DNA of 64,000 bases from Chiloscyllium plagiosum. Taxonomy: Eukaryota. Every line of letters begins with the position of its first letter. The first letter of the stretch is position 1. The notes beneath the pieces are model-generated. The model was not told the DNA's origin. It ran no database searches and saw only the letters and a program-made list of their open reading frames with translations. The stretch is taken from contig NC_057719.1 in NCBI RefSeq assembly GCF_004010195.1, positions 29,694,419 through 29,758,418 on the forward strand. The letters run 5' to 3'. A program made the translations under genes and the position numbers. This document shows, piece after piece, positions 25,965 through 39,941 of this stretch.

Positions 25965-27200
25965 TCTTCACTTGAAGGTAGACTGCAATGCCATTAGGGA
26001 GGGAGTCCCAGCATTTTGACCCAGTGACATGTAAGGAACAGTGATATATTGTCAAATCAAAATAGAGTGACTTGGGGTGGGCAGTGTATTGCAGGTGGTG
26101 TATTCCCTTGTATCTTTTAGATAGTAGTCGCCATGAGTTTGAAAGGTTCTTGGTAAGGAGTCTTGCAGTACACCTTGTAGATCTTATACACTGCTGCTAC
26201 AGAGGCTATTTCTCCTAAATGACGCCAACGGTTTGAATGTTGGAGCTGTACTCATTCAGGCAATTGGGGAGAATTCCATCACACCTCTGATTTATACCTT
26301 GTAATCAGTGCATGGGCATTACGGAGTCAAGAGGTGAGTCACCCACTGTAAGATTACTCACTTCCTACCTGCTTTTGTAGCTACAATATTTACATGGCTA
26401 GTCCAGTTCATCTTCTAATCATTGGCAAACACTGAGGATGTTGGTACTGGGGGATTAAGCAATGATAATGCCATGGAATGTCCAGACATAATAGTTCAAT
26501 ACACTGTTGTTGGAGAGAGTTAGTGCCTGTCACTTGATTGGAGTGAATGGTATTGGTTTACATGACGGCCCAAACCAACATTTTGCCCAAGTGTTGCTGT
26601 ATTTGGATATGAGCTGCTGCAGTAACTGAGGAGTCATGAATATGCTGAACAATGTGTAATCAGCAGCAGATATTCTCTCTTCTGACATGACGATTGAAGG
26701 AAGGTCTTCGATGAAGCAGCTGATGATCGATGGTTGGGTCAAGGTCACACCCTGAAGAACTTCTGCAGAGATGTACTGGAGCCGAGATACTTGACCTCCA
26801 ATAATCGTAATGGTCTTCTTTTGAGCAACCTGCAAGTTCAACTAATGGAGAGTATTCCCAATTTTTATTGACTTTTGTTTGCCACATTCAGTCAAATGTA
26901 GCCTTGAGGTCAAGTGCAATTACTCTGACCCCACCTTTGAAATTCCAATGCTTTGTTCATGTTGGAACCTAGGCTGAAATGAGGTCAGGAGTTGAGTTGG
27001 CCTTGTGAAAACTAAGTTGAATGTCAGTGAGCAGGTTATTGCTATACAAGTGCAGCTTTATAACTTCATTGTTCACTTTGTCAATATTAAGAGTAAACAC
27101 ATGGGGCAGTAATTGACCAGCCTGGACTAGTCCTGCTTTGTGAACAGGGCATCATAGGGCAATTCTGCACATTTTTGGCCAGATATCAGGGTTGTAGCTG
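25965..27200 (-). mobile_element. Old CR1/L2-group LINE RT fragment
   Basis: EVLQGVTL...SCFIEDLPSIVMSEERISAAD, a degenerate GVPQG...FADD region. Confidence 0.7.
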
Positions 27201-27529
27201 AACTCAGAATCTCTACAGTGTAGAAACAGGCCATTCGGGCCATTGAATCTACACCAATACTCCAAAGAGTATCACACTCAGACCCACGCCCCCTACCTTA
27301 TCTCTGGTACAAGGTAGTATAATGTTTAATTACAAGTCTAGTAATAACTGAAATAATTTTCAGTTGGCATAAAAACTCAAATGGTTCACTTATATTCTAT
27401 TGCGAAGGAAAATTGCACTTGACATCAAGGCTACATTTGACTAAATGTGGCATCAAGGAACTCAAACCAATATCCTCAGTGTTTGTCAATGACTAGATGA
27501 TGAACTGGACTAGCCTTATACATTATTAT

Positions 27530-27742
27530 GCATTTCTGATCGCTAATCCACCTGCCTTGCCACTCCCTGGACACCATGAGCAATTCGACATTGCAATCCA
27601 CCTAAACTGCACATTTTAGGATTGTGGGAGGAAACCAGAGCACCTGACAGAAACCCATGCAACCTCAACCACGCAGACATGGAGAGATGTGCAAAATGTC
27701 ACGCAGTCACCCAAGTCTGGAGTTGAACCAGAGTCCCTGATG
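27530..27742 (-). mobile_element. HE1-like V-SINE fragment
   Basis: Reverse complement of the V-domain core gggtttc...tgctctggtttcctcccacaatcc seen at 62036. Confidence 0.75.
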
Positions 27743-28169
27743 GGGAACCTTGGAAATTTGGCAGAATCAACAGTGCTGAGCTTTTTATTACCCTTTCTGC
27801 TGTCTATGTTTAAGCCAGTTGATCCATCTGGTTTTATTTCTCTTTTTTTCAGGTTTTGTTGCAGTTGATACAACTAAAGGTCCTTGCAAATTACCCAGCA
27901 AACAAGTGTAGTCACATGTAAACCAGACCAAGTTAAGGATGCAATTTTCCTTCACTAAAGGATATGTGAACCATTTGAGTTTTTATGTCAACTGAAAATT
28001 GTTTCACAGTTATTATTAGGCTTGTCCTCTACCTTATGCAAGGTCCCTATAACATTACCATTCAATACCATCATAATTTTTTGCCTCAACTCAACATTCC
28101 TACCCAGTCCCCACATGCATTGAATCAGTGTAACAAAATTATCAATCTTAGACTTGAATACACTCAGTG

Positions 28170-28460
28170 ATGGAGCTACAGCTGGAGGAGACAGTGACAT
28201 GGTAGTAATGTCTCTGGACTAGTAATCCAGAGGCCCAGAATATAGCCATTTCCATTCCCACTATGGCAACTGCTAGAAACTCAAATCAATTAACTAATAA
28301 AAAAATGAAAAGCTAGTCTCATTAATAGTGACCATGAAACTATTGCTAATTGTCATAATGCCTTTCAGGGAAGGAAATCAACCATCCTTAACTGGTTTGG
28401 CCTCTACATGACTCCAGCTCTACAGGGACAAGGTGGATTTGTAAATGAGCCTTGAAATAA
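28170..28460 (+). mobile_element. Ancient SINE-like repeat (related copies at 58070-58440 and 62700-62870)
   Basis: Shared ctggactagtaatccagagg and ttcagggaaggaaatc...catcctta blocks in three places; family not determined. Confidence 0.55.
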
Positions 28461-30590
28461 ACTGTCAAGGCATTCAGTTGAATTGAATTAAACTGAATTA
28501 GCTTGGTTGTCACATGTAACCAAACATGTATAGTGAAAAGCTTATAGGTCACCACTTACAGCACCGTCTTAGGCACAAAGGTACCTCGGTACAATCCTTA
28601 GTTTCAGGATAGAGAAGTTAAGAAATAAAGTTACATTATAGCTATACACAGTATAGCCATAGATCAGAAAAACAAGAAGCAAAGTTAAAAAGACAAACAT
28701 TACACAGTACAAGTACCAAGTCAGAAAGGAATGAAACCAGATGAATGACTCAGTAGTGCTTGAGTTGCCAAAATGTCCTCACACGTAGGAATGGACATCA
28801 CACTGTCCACATAGCTCTGCACTAATTTGGTACCCAATTCCTCCATGCTTTCTCAAATTACATGAAAGCTTTCTGGCAGATTTTCTATTGCTCCAAATCT
28901 TTCAAGTTTCATTAAAATGCTCATCCGTGTTCTCAGAACATATGTATAATCTTGCTGGCACCTATACCACCCTTGTCCCACACCATGGCTGAATGGGCAC
29001 ATTAGCTTTTTAACAATAGAAATGTTCCAAGGAGCGTTATTGGACCAAAAACGTTTATTGTTTCTCTCTCTACAGATGCTGCCAGACATTTTGTGTTTCT
29101 CCAGCAATTTCTGCTTTTATTTCAAATTTCCAGCATCTGTAGTATTTTACTTTCACATGTGGTGAGGGGAGTTGGGCAAACTGTCTGCAGTTTGAACAGA
29201 GAACAAAAATTGTGGGAAAAATAATTAGGACCAAAAGAAAAGGTCTGGGTACAAGGGTACAGTCATCATTTTTTGTTTAACAATCACTCTTAGCCACATT
29301 CTCACATTCATACCCATTCCCTGTTGATCACATCCCAATCTGTTCTGTAAGAGACAGAGAACAAAGTAGCAAGACAGATTATAGCTGTGTAGAATTATGA
29401 AAGGATGAGATGAAACCAGGAATATTATGAATGACTCCTGATTGATGGAGAATGTGCATTGAACATTGTGAGAATAGTGGTGCAGCGGGTGGAATATGAA
29501 GTATGAAAATATATTCATTGACTTCAACCTTTGAATTTATTGTGATACTACGTTTACAACACTAGGGCCACTCTCCTGACATTGATCACCACTATTATTT
29601 GCTCCCAAAACCATTTTCAAAGATTGGATCGTGGGTTTATTGGCCTTTGTGGACAGATTATGTTTAGCCTTCTCTCCACTACAATTTCCAGCATCTGGGA
29701 AACTTGGAACAGGCTCTGGTTCCTTTTGCATTAAATTGATTATATCCTGCTCAGATTTCTCTTCCACGATCAACTCCAACAAAAACACAGTTCTCCTCTT
29801 TTATTTTTTTAAGATCAATCTAATTGGTCACAATATGGCCACATCTCAGAGGTACCTGAACTCAGATCTTCTGGCCTAGACATAGGGATAATACCCTGCA
29901 CCATAAAACCCTTGCAGCTCTCCTTTAAGAGTATAGACTGACTTTAAATAGAGTAGGTTAGCTGTAAGCAGTATTAGTTTCACATGACCGTGGGCTTCAG
30001 CTCAGATATGCTACCATTCAGCAACACATTTATTTAGGCAACAATCACACAAATTATCAAACAGCAGATATTTTTAATCAATCTGCTCATGCATGTTACA
30101 AGACATTTCTGGAGCAGGTACGACTTGAACCCTACCACTGTGACACAAGGCCCTTGTTATCAGGCAGCATGCTATCCGAACAAGCTGATGCAGACGACCA
30201 TCCATTACAATCCCCATGCTTTATCTCAGGGACTGTATAATATAATCCCATTGTTTCCTTGAAAAACATTATAGTACTCAGTTATAGTTTTATAAAAACA
30301 ATACTAGGAAGTATAAGTTCATGCCATTAGAAAACCTATTTCTCAATGTGAACAAGACTGTGGGAAATCCCTGGATGGAATTAAAAATGAGAATAATATC
30401 CTATTAAGGACTAAATGATTGCTGTCATTGCTGAGGATCTATATGCTGTGTTTGCTAGAAACTAAGCAATCACCTCAAGTTTCAAGAGGAATTATTCTGT
30501 TCACTTTTAATTACTGTTCTAAATAATATTTGAAATTTGGTGATTAAGTATTACGAGGTTTCTGTTAGGAATTTGTAGTTATCACCATAC

Positions 30591-30722
30591 CATACATCAG
30601 AAGGAGTGCCTTCCTCAAAGCGAATGTTTCCCACGGTTTCCAGTTCAATTAACAAAAACAGAATACTCAAATTAAAAAAATCAACGATTGGCTTCAGTTC
30701 AGTCTGATACTTTACTTCAGTT
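30591..30722 (-). CDS. LRRC9: LRRC9 coding exon D
   Basis: ttttctttgacag|A...TG|gtatgg; 132 nt, phase 2-2; TEVKYQTELKPIVDFFNLSILFLLIELETVGNIRFEEGTPSDV(W). Not in the ORF track. Confidence 0.92.
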
Positions 30723-30959
30723 CTGTCAAAGAAAAGATAGGATGGAACGACTTATTTAAGTATGACAAAATAAATATTTGCATTTGATTTTAGGTTAACA
30801 GTGAAGCCAAACACATTTTAGTTAGCACATTATCACATGTCTTTTTCACATAGTCTGAGCAAAGGAAACTATGAAGGGAAACTTTATTATGCAAGATTCG
30901 TAAAATGCACAAAAAGAGCTGGTGGTAGAAAGGCATTTAGGTATCTTTGATATTCCGCT

Positions 30960-31860
30960 AAAACACCCACAGGAAAAAGTGAATCAACTACAGTTAAGAA
31001 ACTAAGTTAAAGATTGCATTAGATCAAAGAAAGTGGCTTACAAGAATGCCAGAAATAGCAGTAAGCATGAGTATTAGAACAATTTAGGAAATTGGTAAGA
31101 AAAAGGAAAAGAGAATACAAATGTAAGCTAGTAAGGAACATAAAGACAGACTGTAAAAGCTTCTGTTGATATATGAAACGAAAGAGATTAGCAAGGGCAA
31201 TTGTGAGCCAATTAGAGGTAGGGACAGGAGCATATATAGTGAAGAAACTAAACAGTTACTTGGTGTCTGTGTTCATGAAAGAAGTTACAGGAAATCTCCT
31301 AGAACTACTAGGCAATTAAGGGTCTTAAGTAACTGAAGAACTAAAAGAAATTCATTTTTTAGTAAAGAGGCAGCATGTGAAAAATTAGTTTGTTTGTTTG
31401 AGGGTTCAGAAATCTCTGTATCAGATAAGTTTCATCTCAAAGTGGTAAAGGAAGTAAAACGAATTAATGGATGCATTGGTGATTTTTCTTCATAATTGAA
31501 TAGATCTGGAAAGGATCTTGTTGAGTGGAAGGCAACTTCACTATTCAAGAAGGGAGGAAGACAGAGTAGACAACAATAGACTTATTAGCTTATCATCTGT
31601 AGTAGTGAAAATGTTAAAATTCATTTTAAAGGACGTGATAATTGAACAGTTTTGTTGAGTCAACACAGATTTCTGAAGAAACATATGTTTTACAAACTTG
31701 AAGTTGTTTTGAGGATGTTACTTGCAGCATAGGCAAAAGGAGAACCAGTAAATGTGTTTTGTGAATTTTCAGAATGACTTTTGATAAAGTTTGCCACATG
31801 AGTTTAGTGAATAAAACTACAGTATATAGGATTGGGAGGAATATACTAGTACAGATCATT
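30960..31860 (+). mobile_element. Old CR1 LINE ORF2 fragment filling the D-C intron
   Basis: Degenerate KTDCKSF, LFKKGG and FDKVCH motifs. Confidence 0.7.
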
Positions 31861-31926
31861 ATTATTAGAGAAATTAAACAGCTTTTGCAATATCATGCAT
31901 GATATATCACACAGTAATTTACTCAC

Positions 31927-32144
31927 TCATCCAGCCTGTTGTTCCAAAATGTTAGTCTTTCTTTCAGAGCATCCAATTTTTGACACATTTTCTGCTCTTC
32001 ATTGGAACCTTCTGTGTTGTCCTTTAGTGAATTACTATTGCTGTACATTTCTTCATTCCTGTCTTTATTCCTCAACCCATTCAGAAACGTCTTCACAGAA
32101 TTTGGTCTTTTGCTCAAATACAGCTTTGTCAATTCTGATTCTAG
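31927..32144 (-). CDS. LRRC9: LRRC9 coding exon C
   Basis: ttcttgaaacag|CTA...GA|gtgagt; 218 nt, phase 0-2; LESELTKL...QKLDALKERLTFWNNRLD(E). Confidence 0.92.
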
Positions 32145-32321
32145 CTGTTTCAAGAAAATTGTTTCATTAACTATTATCACATTTTTATTAAAAAATGTTC
32201 AATCTTAGCCATTTGCTTACAAGATTACATTAAAAAATAAATATATTATACAACGTGACTTCATTGCTTGATCCTGAGCATTGAGGATTGGGTCAATGAT
32301 TGATTCACCATCTCAATGTCT

Positions 32322-33457
32322 GAACATCGAACATAGAAACTTACAGCACAGAACAGACCCTTAGGCCCACGACTCAACTCACTGCTATCTATGTGCATGT
32401 CTAGCAGTCGCTTAAATGTCCCCAATGACTCTGCTTCCTCTACCTCAGCTGGCAACGCATTCTATGCATTCACAACTCTCTGCGTAAAGAACCTACCTCT
32501 GATGTCTTCTTTATACCTTCCTCCTAATATCTTCAAACTATGACTCCTCGTACCAGTCAATCCTGCCCTGGGGAAAAGTCTCTGGCTATTGACTCTATCT
32601 ATTCCTCTCAATATTTTGTACACCTCGATCAGGTCTCCTCTCTTCCTCCTCCTCTCCAGAGAGGAAAGTCTGAGTTTAGTCAATCTTTCTTCATAAGGCA
32701 AGCCCTCCAATCCAGGCAGCATCCTGGTAAACCTTCTTTGCACTCTCTCCAAACCCTCTGTATCTTTCCTATGGTAGGGCAACCAGAACTGGACACAATA
32801 TTCCAAGTGCGGTCTCACCAGGGACTTGTAGAGCTGCAGCAAAACCTCGCGGCTCTTAAACTCAATCCCCCTGTTAATGAAAGCCAAAGCACCATTTGCT
32901 TTCTTAACAATCCTATCCACTTGGGTGGCAACTTTGAGGGATCTATGTACTTGCACACCCAGATCCCTCTGTTCCTCCACACTGCCAAGAATCCGGTCTT
33001 TCATCCTATATTCAGCATTTGAGTTCGACCTTCCAAAATGCATCACTTCACATTTATCCAGGTTGAACTCCATCCGCCATTTCTCAGCCCAGCTCTGCAT
33101 CCTGTCTATGTCACGCTGAAGCCTGCTGTAGCCCTCTATTCGATCAGCGACACCTCCAACCTTTGTGTCATCTGCAAATTTACTAACCCACTCTTTAACC
33201 TCCTCATCCAAGTCATTTATATAAACTACAAAGAGCAGAAGCCCAAGAACAGAGCCCTGCGGGACCCCACTCAACACTGTCTTCCAGGTAGAGTACTTTC
33301 CATCTACAACCACTCTCTGCCATCTGTCAGCCAGCCAATTCTGAATCCAGATAGCCAAATCTCCCTGTATCCCATAGTTCCTGACTTTATGAATGAGCCT
33401 ACCATGGGGAACCCTATCAAATGCCTTGCTGAAATCCATATACACCACATCCACTAC
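32322..33457 (-). mobile_element. Young 5'-truncated CR1 LINE with an uninterrupted 330-aa RT C-terminal frame
   Basis: YMDFSKAFDRVPH, SGVPQGSVLG, KFADDTK, RPHLEYCVQFW; ttctatgttc-type 3' tail at about 32322-32340. Confidence 0.95.
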
Positions 33458-34539
33458 TCGACCGTAGTCGCCTCACATGTAGCACTTAAGATATGCTGAT
33501 TAAGATATGGTAGTTTCACATTTGAGAGAGTAATTTGATCAGTTACATCATAGTTTACACAAATCTCACTGTACCATATCTCTCAAAATTTGTCTCTGCT
33601 TGGTCTATATTTTTACAGTAATTTACTTTTATTTACTTTCATTCTCTTTACAATCATTAACATAATTATCAATACCATTACTGCCATTACCATCCACTTA
33701 GATTGAGGTAATTTGGAACTCTGGCTAGATATTGTGATCTGATTTACTTCAATTCAACAAGTTTAAGTTCAAGTGAGAGTGGATATTTCACCCAAGTGAG
33801 ATAAAGGATGAGTGAGTATACTTGGTGATTTTGATCCAAGTGGGAATTCAGGACAGAGGAGGAATGAGGCATGTTCGATTTTGCCTGTTCTCGGATGCTG
33901 CCTGAATTGCTGTGCTCTTCCAGCACCACTGATCCAGAATGTTAAGTAAGATGCACTGCAAGAAACAAAGTCTCCAGACTGGAAGGGTGTGTGGGGAGAA
34001 TAAACAGTCTGCGTTGAAACAAGCAACAAGATGATGTCACAAACCACAAATGAAATGAGTGCAGAGAGAGAAGCTGATTAGGGAGTTGGATTGGTGACTA
34101 TTTCTGGTAGAGTAAAAGTAAGATCTTCAGTGCGTATTCAAGTCTCTAGGCATTTTTCTCCTTTTCTAAAAAGAGTTTTTAAATATAAGATTTAAATTTG
34201 TGTTTAGAAACATAATTGCAATAAATTTTGGAAAAAAGGGATTCTAGAGTAATTGAAAAATTATTATAATAAAAAAAGTGTGGAAAGCAGGGATTCTGGA
34301 ATAATTAACAAATATATTAAATGAAATACAATATTAATGGTAAAGCGGTTGATGTGTTGTTGCTGCTGCAGCATGTGGCATCTGCTGCACAAAATGAGAT
34401 TTGGCTTTCAACAAGTAATTGATAGGATCTATGAAATAGTGTGTAATTGTCGATGCCAAAGGTCTTTAGGATTGCTGAATAGCCTTGAAGCTCTTAGACA
34501 GATTATTCGTTGGGAGGAATTTAAAATACCTCCATAATA

Positions 34540-35045
34540 AAATCCTTATAGGACATAGGCTTCCGGTCACAAAAACCCGCTTGAATCATCACACTCTGCT
34601 TCCTGTCTTGCAGCCAATTGTGGATCCAATTTGCCAATTCTCCTTGGGTCCCATGAGTTCTTACCTTTACTATCAGTCTCCAATACAGCACTTTATCAAA
34701 ATCCTTCCTGAGGTCCATTTCAAATGCATTGCCCTCATCTATATACATGGTCACCTCTGCATCAAATGCAGTCAGGCAAAAAGTAAGGACTGCAGATGCT
34801 GGAAACCAGAGTTTTGATCAGAGTGGGAGGCTTCCTTCCTCTATTCCTGATGAAGGGCTTTTGCCCAAAACGTCGATTTTCAAGCTTCTCGGATGCTGCC
34901 TGACCTGCTGTGCTTTTCCAGCACCACTCTGATCTAAACAAATGCAATCAGGTTGGTCAGACATGATTTCATCTTTAACAAAACCGTGCTGCTTGTTCTT
35001 GATTAATCCCTGCTTCTCCAAGTGCAGATTAATTCTATCCCTTGA
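34540..35045 (-). mobile_element. CR1 fragment interrupted by a PLE cassette
   Basis: KQHGFVK and DLRKDFDKV...GTQGELANWIHNWL on either side of the insert. Confidence 0.8.
34777..34938. mobile_element. PLE family A inverted pseudo-LTR cassette
   Basis: 14-bp TSD caaatgcartcagg at 34763-34776 and 34939-34952; CUGAUGA-GGGCuuuuGCCC-AAAA-CGUC (GAAA mutated). Confidence 0.88.
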
Positions 35046-35074
35046 TTCTTCCTACTATTCGTGATATACATTAA

Positions 35075-35781
35075 AAAATCTGGATGACTTGTTGCTAAAT
35101 TTGTAGATTACACAAGGATTATGTGGAGGGTCACATAGTGTTGTGGAAGCAGGAAGGCTGCAGGAGAACTTGGACAGACTAAGAGAGTGAGCAAACAGGT
35201 GGCTGATGGAATATAACATGGGAAAGTGTGAGGTTATGCACTTTGGTTGGAAGGACAGAAGCACAAAATATTTTCTAAATGTGGAAAGCCTTCGGAAATT
35301 TGAAGCACAAAGGAATTTGGGAGTCCGAGTTCAGAATTTTCTTAAGGTTAACATGCAGTTTCAGTTGGCAGTTAGGAAGACAAATGCAATGTTAGCACTC
35401 ATTTCAAGAGGACTAACACAAAAGAGCAAGGATGTACTGCAAAAACTGGACAAGGCTCTGGTCAGATATTTGAAATATTGTGGGCAGTTTGAGCCCCCTA
35501 GCTAAGGAAGGGTGTGCTGGCCTTGGAGGAAGTCCAGAGAAGATTAACAAATGATCCAGATAACAAAGCTCCAGTCATATGAGAAGTGGTTGAGAACTCT
35601 GGGTCTGAACTTGGAGTTGAAAAGGATGAGTGGGGGGGGATCTGATTGAAACGTTCAGAAAACGGAGAGCCCTTGATACAATCAGACATGGGGAAGATGT
35701 TTCCACTGATAGGACAGACTAGGAGCAAGGGTACCTCAGAGTAAAGGGACAAACATTTAGAATTGAGATGAGAAGGAATTT
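35075..35781 (+). mobile_element. CR1 LINE 3' fragment
   Basis: MEYNMGKCEVMHFG...NLGVRVQNFLKVNMQ. Confidence 0.85.
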
Positions 35782-35782
35782 A

Positions 35783-36350
35783 TGAGAGGGTCATGTCGTT
35801 TTGTGGCTAGTTGATGTTCATGTATCCTGAAACACACTAAAACAGAAGCTAGTGAACTTGAAAGACCTATACCGACAACAAGGAAAACTAATGTTATTTA
35901 TAAAATACCATGCAAGGACTGTAACAACACTACATTGGACAAACAGGCAGAAAACTAGCCACCAGGATATAGGAACATCAACTAGCCACAGAACGACATG
36001 ACCCTCTCTCACTAGTACCCTTACATACAGATAAGGAAGAACACCACTTCGACTGGGACAACAGATCCATCCTAGGACAAGCCAAACAGAGACACGCTAA
36101 AGAATTCCTAGAAGCATGGCATTCCAACCAGAACTCTATGAACAAACACATCAAGTTAAACCCAATCTATTACCCCCTGAGAAAAAGAACAGGAAATGAT
36201 GTCACCAACCCAAAGAAACCCAAACATATAAATAGAAAGCAGGAATTATCAACAGTGCTTCGCCCGAAGGCCCACTTAAGATGTTACCCAGTAGAGTGAC
36301 GAAACGTTTGGAAATTAACCTTCCAGCTCAGCTAGCAAACCCACATCCAG
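35783..36350 (+). mobile_element. Penelope-like family B 3' end with short inverted 5' piece
   Basis: VIYKIPCKDCN..YIGQTGRKLATRI; 35784-35829 is the reverse complement of about 35962-36008; decayed hammerhead at 36272-36311. Confidence 0.88.
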
Positions 36351-37589
36351 ATTGTGGAAAGTATTACTGCACTTTTTAAAAGCAGGTTACTGACACTCAT
36401 TACAAATGCTCTTTTTTCAAGCAGTCGGGAAAACATAGTTAAACAAACTGGAACAAGGGCATTTATACAAAATGAGATTCGGCTGGTAACAAGTAGCCAA
36501 TCAATCTTTGGAATCATGACTGATTATCAATGACAAAGGTCTTCTCTCCTGCCAACAACTATGTCATTAGCTCCAACGCAGCTGAACAGCTTGAGTGTGT
36601 GAATGTTTGGGCGGAAGCCATTGGACCTTTGGCCAGGAAGATTCTGCAATTTCCACTGCTATAAAAATAACAGCTCAAGTTTTAAGAAAACCTGTTTATT
36701 TCCCTTCAAAACTGACTTCTAAACAATAAGTCAGGGACATAAGAAGTGCAAATCATGTGTGCCTCCTAAAAATAAATGAATGAACAAAGAGATGATCAAG
36801 AAGTGATCAGTGCTGACAAGCCAAAGTATCATCTCACTGAATATTATGCATAGGAATCACTGAACTGATTTCCCAGTCTATCACTCTGCCTGTAACACCC
36901 ATTCTTGTTTTGTGTCTGTGTTTGTATGTAGGAGCAATATTATAAGGGGTTTAGAATTTAAACTGGCAGTCCAAGAATCTATTTATTTCTAATAAATAGC
37001 AATTTCTTTAAAGATAGAAACCTGGGCCCATCTTTCTGTCAACTAGGATCTAAGAGACATAAAAATTCAAAAATTGTATCCCTTTAAAGCATCTTTAAAC
37101 TTTGCAAACACACCAGGAATAGAGGGACTTGATTTCCAGCATTCTACCCCAGTGAGGCAAGAACATTAAAGCATTAAAATAGTTGTGGAGGTGGTTTTCA
37201 GAGAAGGGGAACATAAGGGAGCTAAACAAAAGGATTTGCCAGCATTGCCAGGGCAGCTATTTGAATAGTGATACTCAGTTGGACAGGAAGGAACAGATTG
37301 AATAGAGTATAGAGAAACAGAATCAAATAGGGTCAAAAGACAAAAATGTTCACTCTTCACTTATATACACACATTGTATTCGTAACAAAATAAGTAAACT
37401 AACAATGCAAAAAGGTTAATGGGAACAATCTTCCAGACATTGCAGAGACAGAGCTTCATGGAGATCAAAACCGGAGAGTAAATGTTTGGAGCTGTGAGAC
37501 TTTTCAAAAGCATAAGCAGAAAGGAATGGACAGTGACATAGCTTTGTCAGTACAAGATAGAATAAGTACAATAACTGGAAATAATCTTA

Positions 37590-38580
37590 GAATCGTAGGA
37601 TCATAGAAATGTGCAGCATGGAAACAGACCCTTCGGTCCAACTCGCCCATGTCGACCAGATATTCTGCATTAATCTAATGCCATTTGCCAGCATTTGTCC
37701 CATATCCCTCTAAATCCTTCCTATTCATATGCCATTCAGATCCTTTTTAAATATTGTAGTTGTATCAGCCTCCAACACTTCCTCTGGCAGCTCATTCCAT
37801 TCATATACTACCCTCTGCTTGAAAGAGTTGCTCCTTAGGTCCCTTTTAAATCTTTCCCCTCTCACCTTAGACCAATGCTCTCCAGTTTTGCAATCCCTTG
37901 ACCTGGGGAAGTGACTATTCACTCTATCCATTCTTGTCATAATTTTACAAACTTCTTTAATGTCAGCCTCTGACATCCAAGGAAAATAGCCCCAGCCTAT
38001 TCAGCCTCTCCCTTCAGCTCCAAAATTCCAACCCTGGCAACATTCTTGTAAATATTTTCTGAACCCTATCAAGTTTCACAACATCCTTCCTATAGCAGGG
38101 AGACCAGACTGAATGCTGTATTCCAAAAGGGACCTAACCAATGAGCCGTACACACATGACTGCCCAACTCCTATACTCAATGCACTGACCAATAAAGGAA
38201 AGCATACCAAACACTTTGTTCACTACCCTATCTACCTGCAACTCTACTTTCAAGGAGCTATGAATCTGCACCTCAAAGCTTCTTTGTATGGCAACCCTGC
38301 CCAGGACCCTATCATTAAGTGTTCAAGTCCTGCCCTGATTTGCCCTACCTAAATGTAGCACTTCATATTTATCAAAATTAAACTCCACCTGCCATTCCTC
38401 AGCTCACTGGTCCATCTGACCAATGTCTCATTGTTTTCTGAGGTAGCATTCTTCGCAGTTGACTACATCACCAATTTTGGTGTCATCTGTAAAAGTATTA
38501 ACCATACCTCCTATATTCACAACCAAATAATTTACATAAATGACAAAAAACAGTGGACCCATCACCGATCCTTGCAGCAA
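37590..38580 (-). mobile_element. CR1 LINE 3' fragment
   Basis: KVRGERFKRDLRSNSFKQRVVYEWNELPEEV. Confidence 0.85.
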
Positions 38581-39820
38581 TATATTTTGCCTAATGATAT
38601 TTTCCTACCTTCTTCCCATTATTCATTACATTCTTCCTCTTCAAATAACTACCTAACTCCTTTTGAATGCATCAAATAAATGAGCCTCAACAACACCCCC
38701 AATAAGAATATTTTATCCTGCTTTTAAACATGCATACTACCAAATACAAGATGCCCTTCCGGCTTTTAAGAACATAAAAATAACTTTAGATGATGATACA
38801 ATAAGCTTAGATCAGAAGACGTAAAATCCATATGGGTGAAGGTAAGAAATATCAAGAGGAAGATGACATTGGTAGGAGTAGGTCAAGAGAATTCCAATAT
38901 TAGCTATACTGTCGGACAGAGAATAAAGCCAGAGACCATGAGGGCATGTCAAAAAGGCAGAATATTAATCATGAGTTATTTTAATATTCTCATAGATCAG
39001 GAAAGCCAAATGGGCAGAGATAGGCTTTAGGTAGAATTTATAGAGTGCCTTTGGGACAGATTCTGAGAACAATATGTTGTGCATCCATTTTGGGATTAGG
39101 CTATGTTGAACTTGGTAGTGCAAAATGAGGCTGGATTAGAAAATGACGTCAAATTAAAAGATCCTCTAGAATTCAGCATTCTGCTTGAGAGGGTGCAACT
39201 TGGATCAGAAACAACTTAAAACAAGGGTAAATACATAGAAACAAGTTGGCTGGAATGGAGTGGGAAAGGGGTTCAGTAGAAAATATGGTTGTTGAAGAAT
39301 GACAAAGTATTTAAGAAAATAATTCACAGCTTATAATAACTATATCACAGTGTGAAAGTAGGATTCAAGGAAGGGAATAAACTAACCATTACTAACCAAA
39401 GACAGCAAATATAGTATCAAAAGTACGTATCAAAGGAAAAATATAAAATGTGGCAAGACAAAGAGTTGAGAAGGCTTAAGAACCAACAACAGGTGACCAA
39501 AAACAATAAAGAGGGAGAGGGAGAAAATAAACTGATAAATACTAACAAAATTGACAGCAAGAAACTTATTTTGAATATATAAAAAGGAAGAGAAGTCTAA
39601 GTGACCAAAGGCTCCTTAGAGAATGATGCTGGGAAAATAATAATGGGTAGCCAGGAAATAGCACAGGAATTGAATGAATGCTGTGCATCTATCTTCATGG
39701 TAGAAGATATAAATAGCATTCGAAAAATTTTAAATAATCAAGTGGGGAAGAAAGGAGGAGGAAATGAAGATTATAAAAGAGATTGGACAGACTCGGTTTG
39801 TTTCCTTCAAGCAGAGGAGA

Positions 39821-39941
39821 AAGTGAGGTCTGCAGATGCTGGAGATCAGAGCTGAGGAAGGGCTTATGCCTGAAACATCGATTCTCCTGTTCCCTGGATG
39901 CTGCCTGACCTGCTGCGCTGTTGCAGCAACACATTTTCAGC
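39821..39941. mobile_element. PLE family A inverted pseudo-LTR cassette
   Basis: 19-bp direct repeat ttccttcaagcagaggaga at 39802-39820 and 39942-39960; CUGAGGA-GGGCuuauGCCU-GAAA-CAUC. Confidence 0.9.

Noticed and set aside
29537..29788. 83-aa minus ORF with protein-like composition
   Set aside because: Exons D and E already join in phase; no good splice sites or recognisable motif.
36353..37165. Possible fifth solo LTR
   Set aside because: LTR-like composition and a CA end, but no matching TSD or clear 5' boundary.
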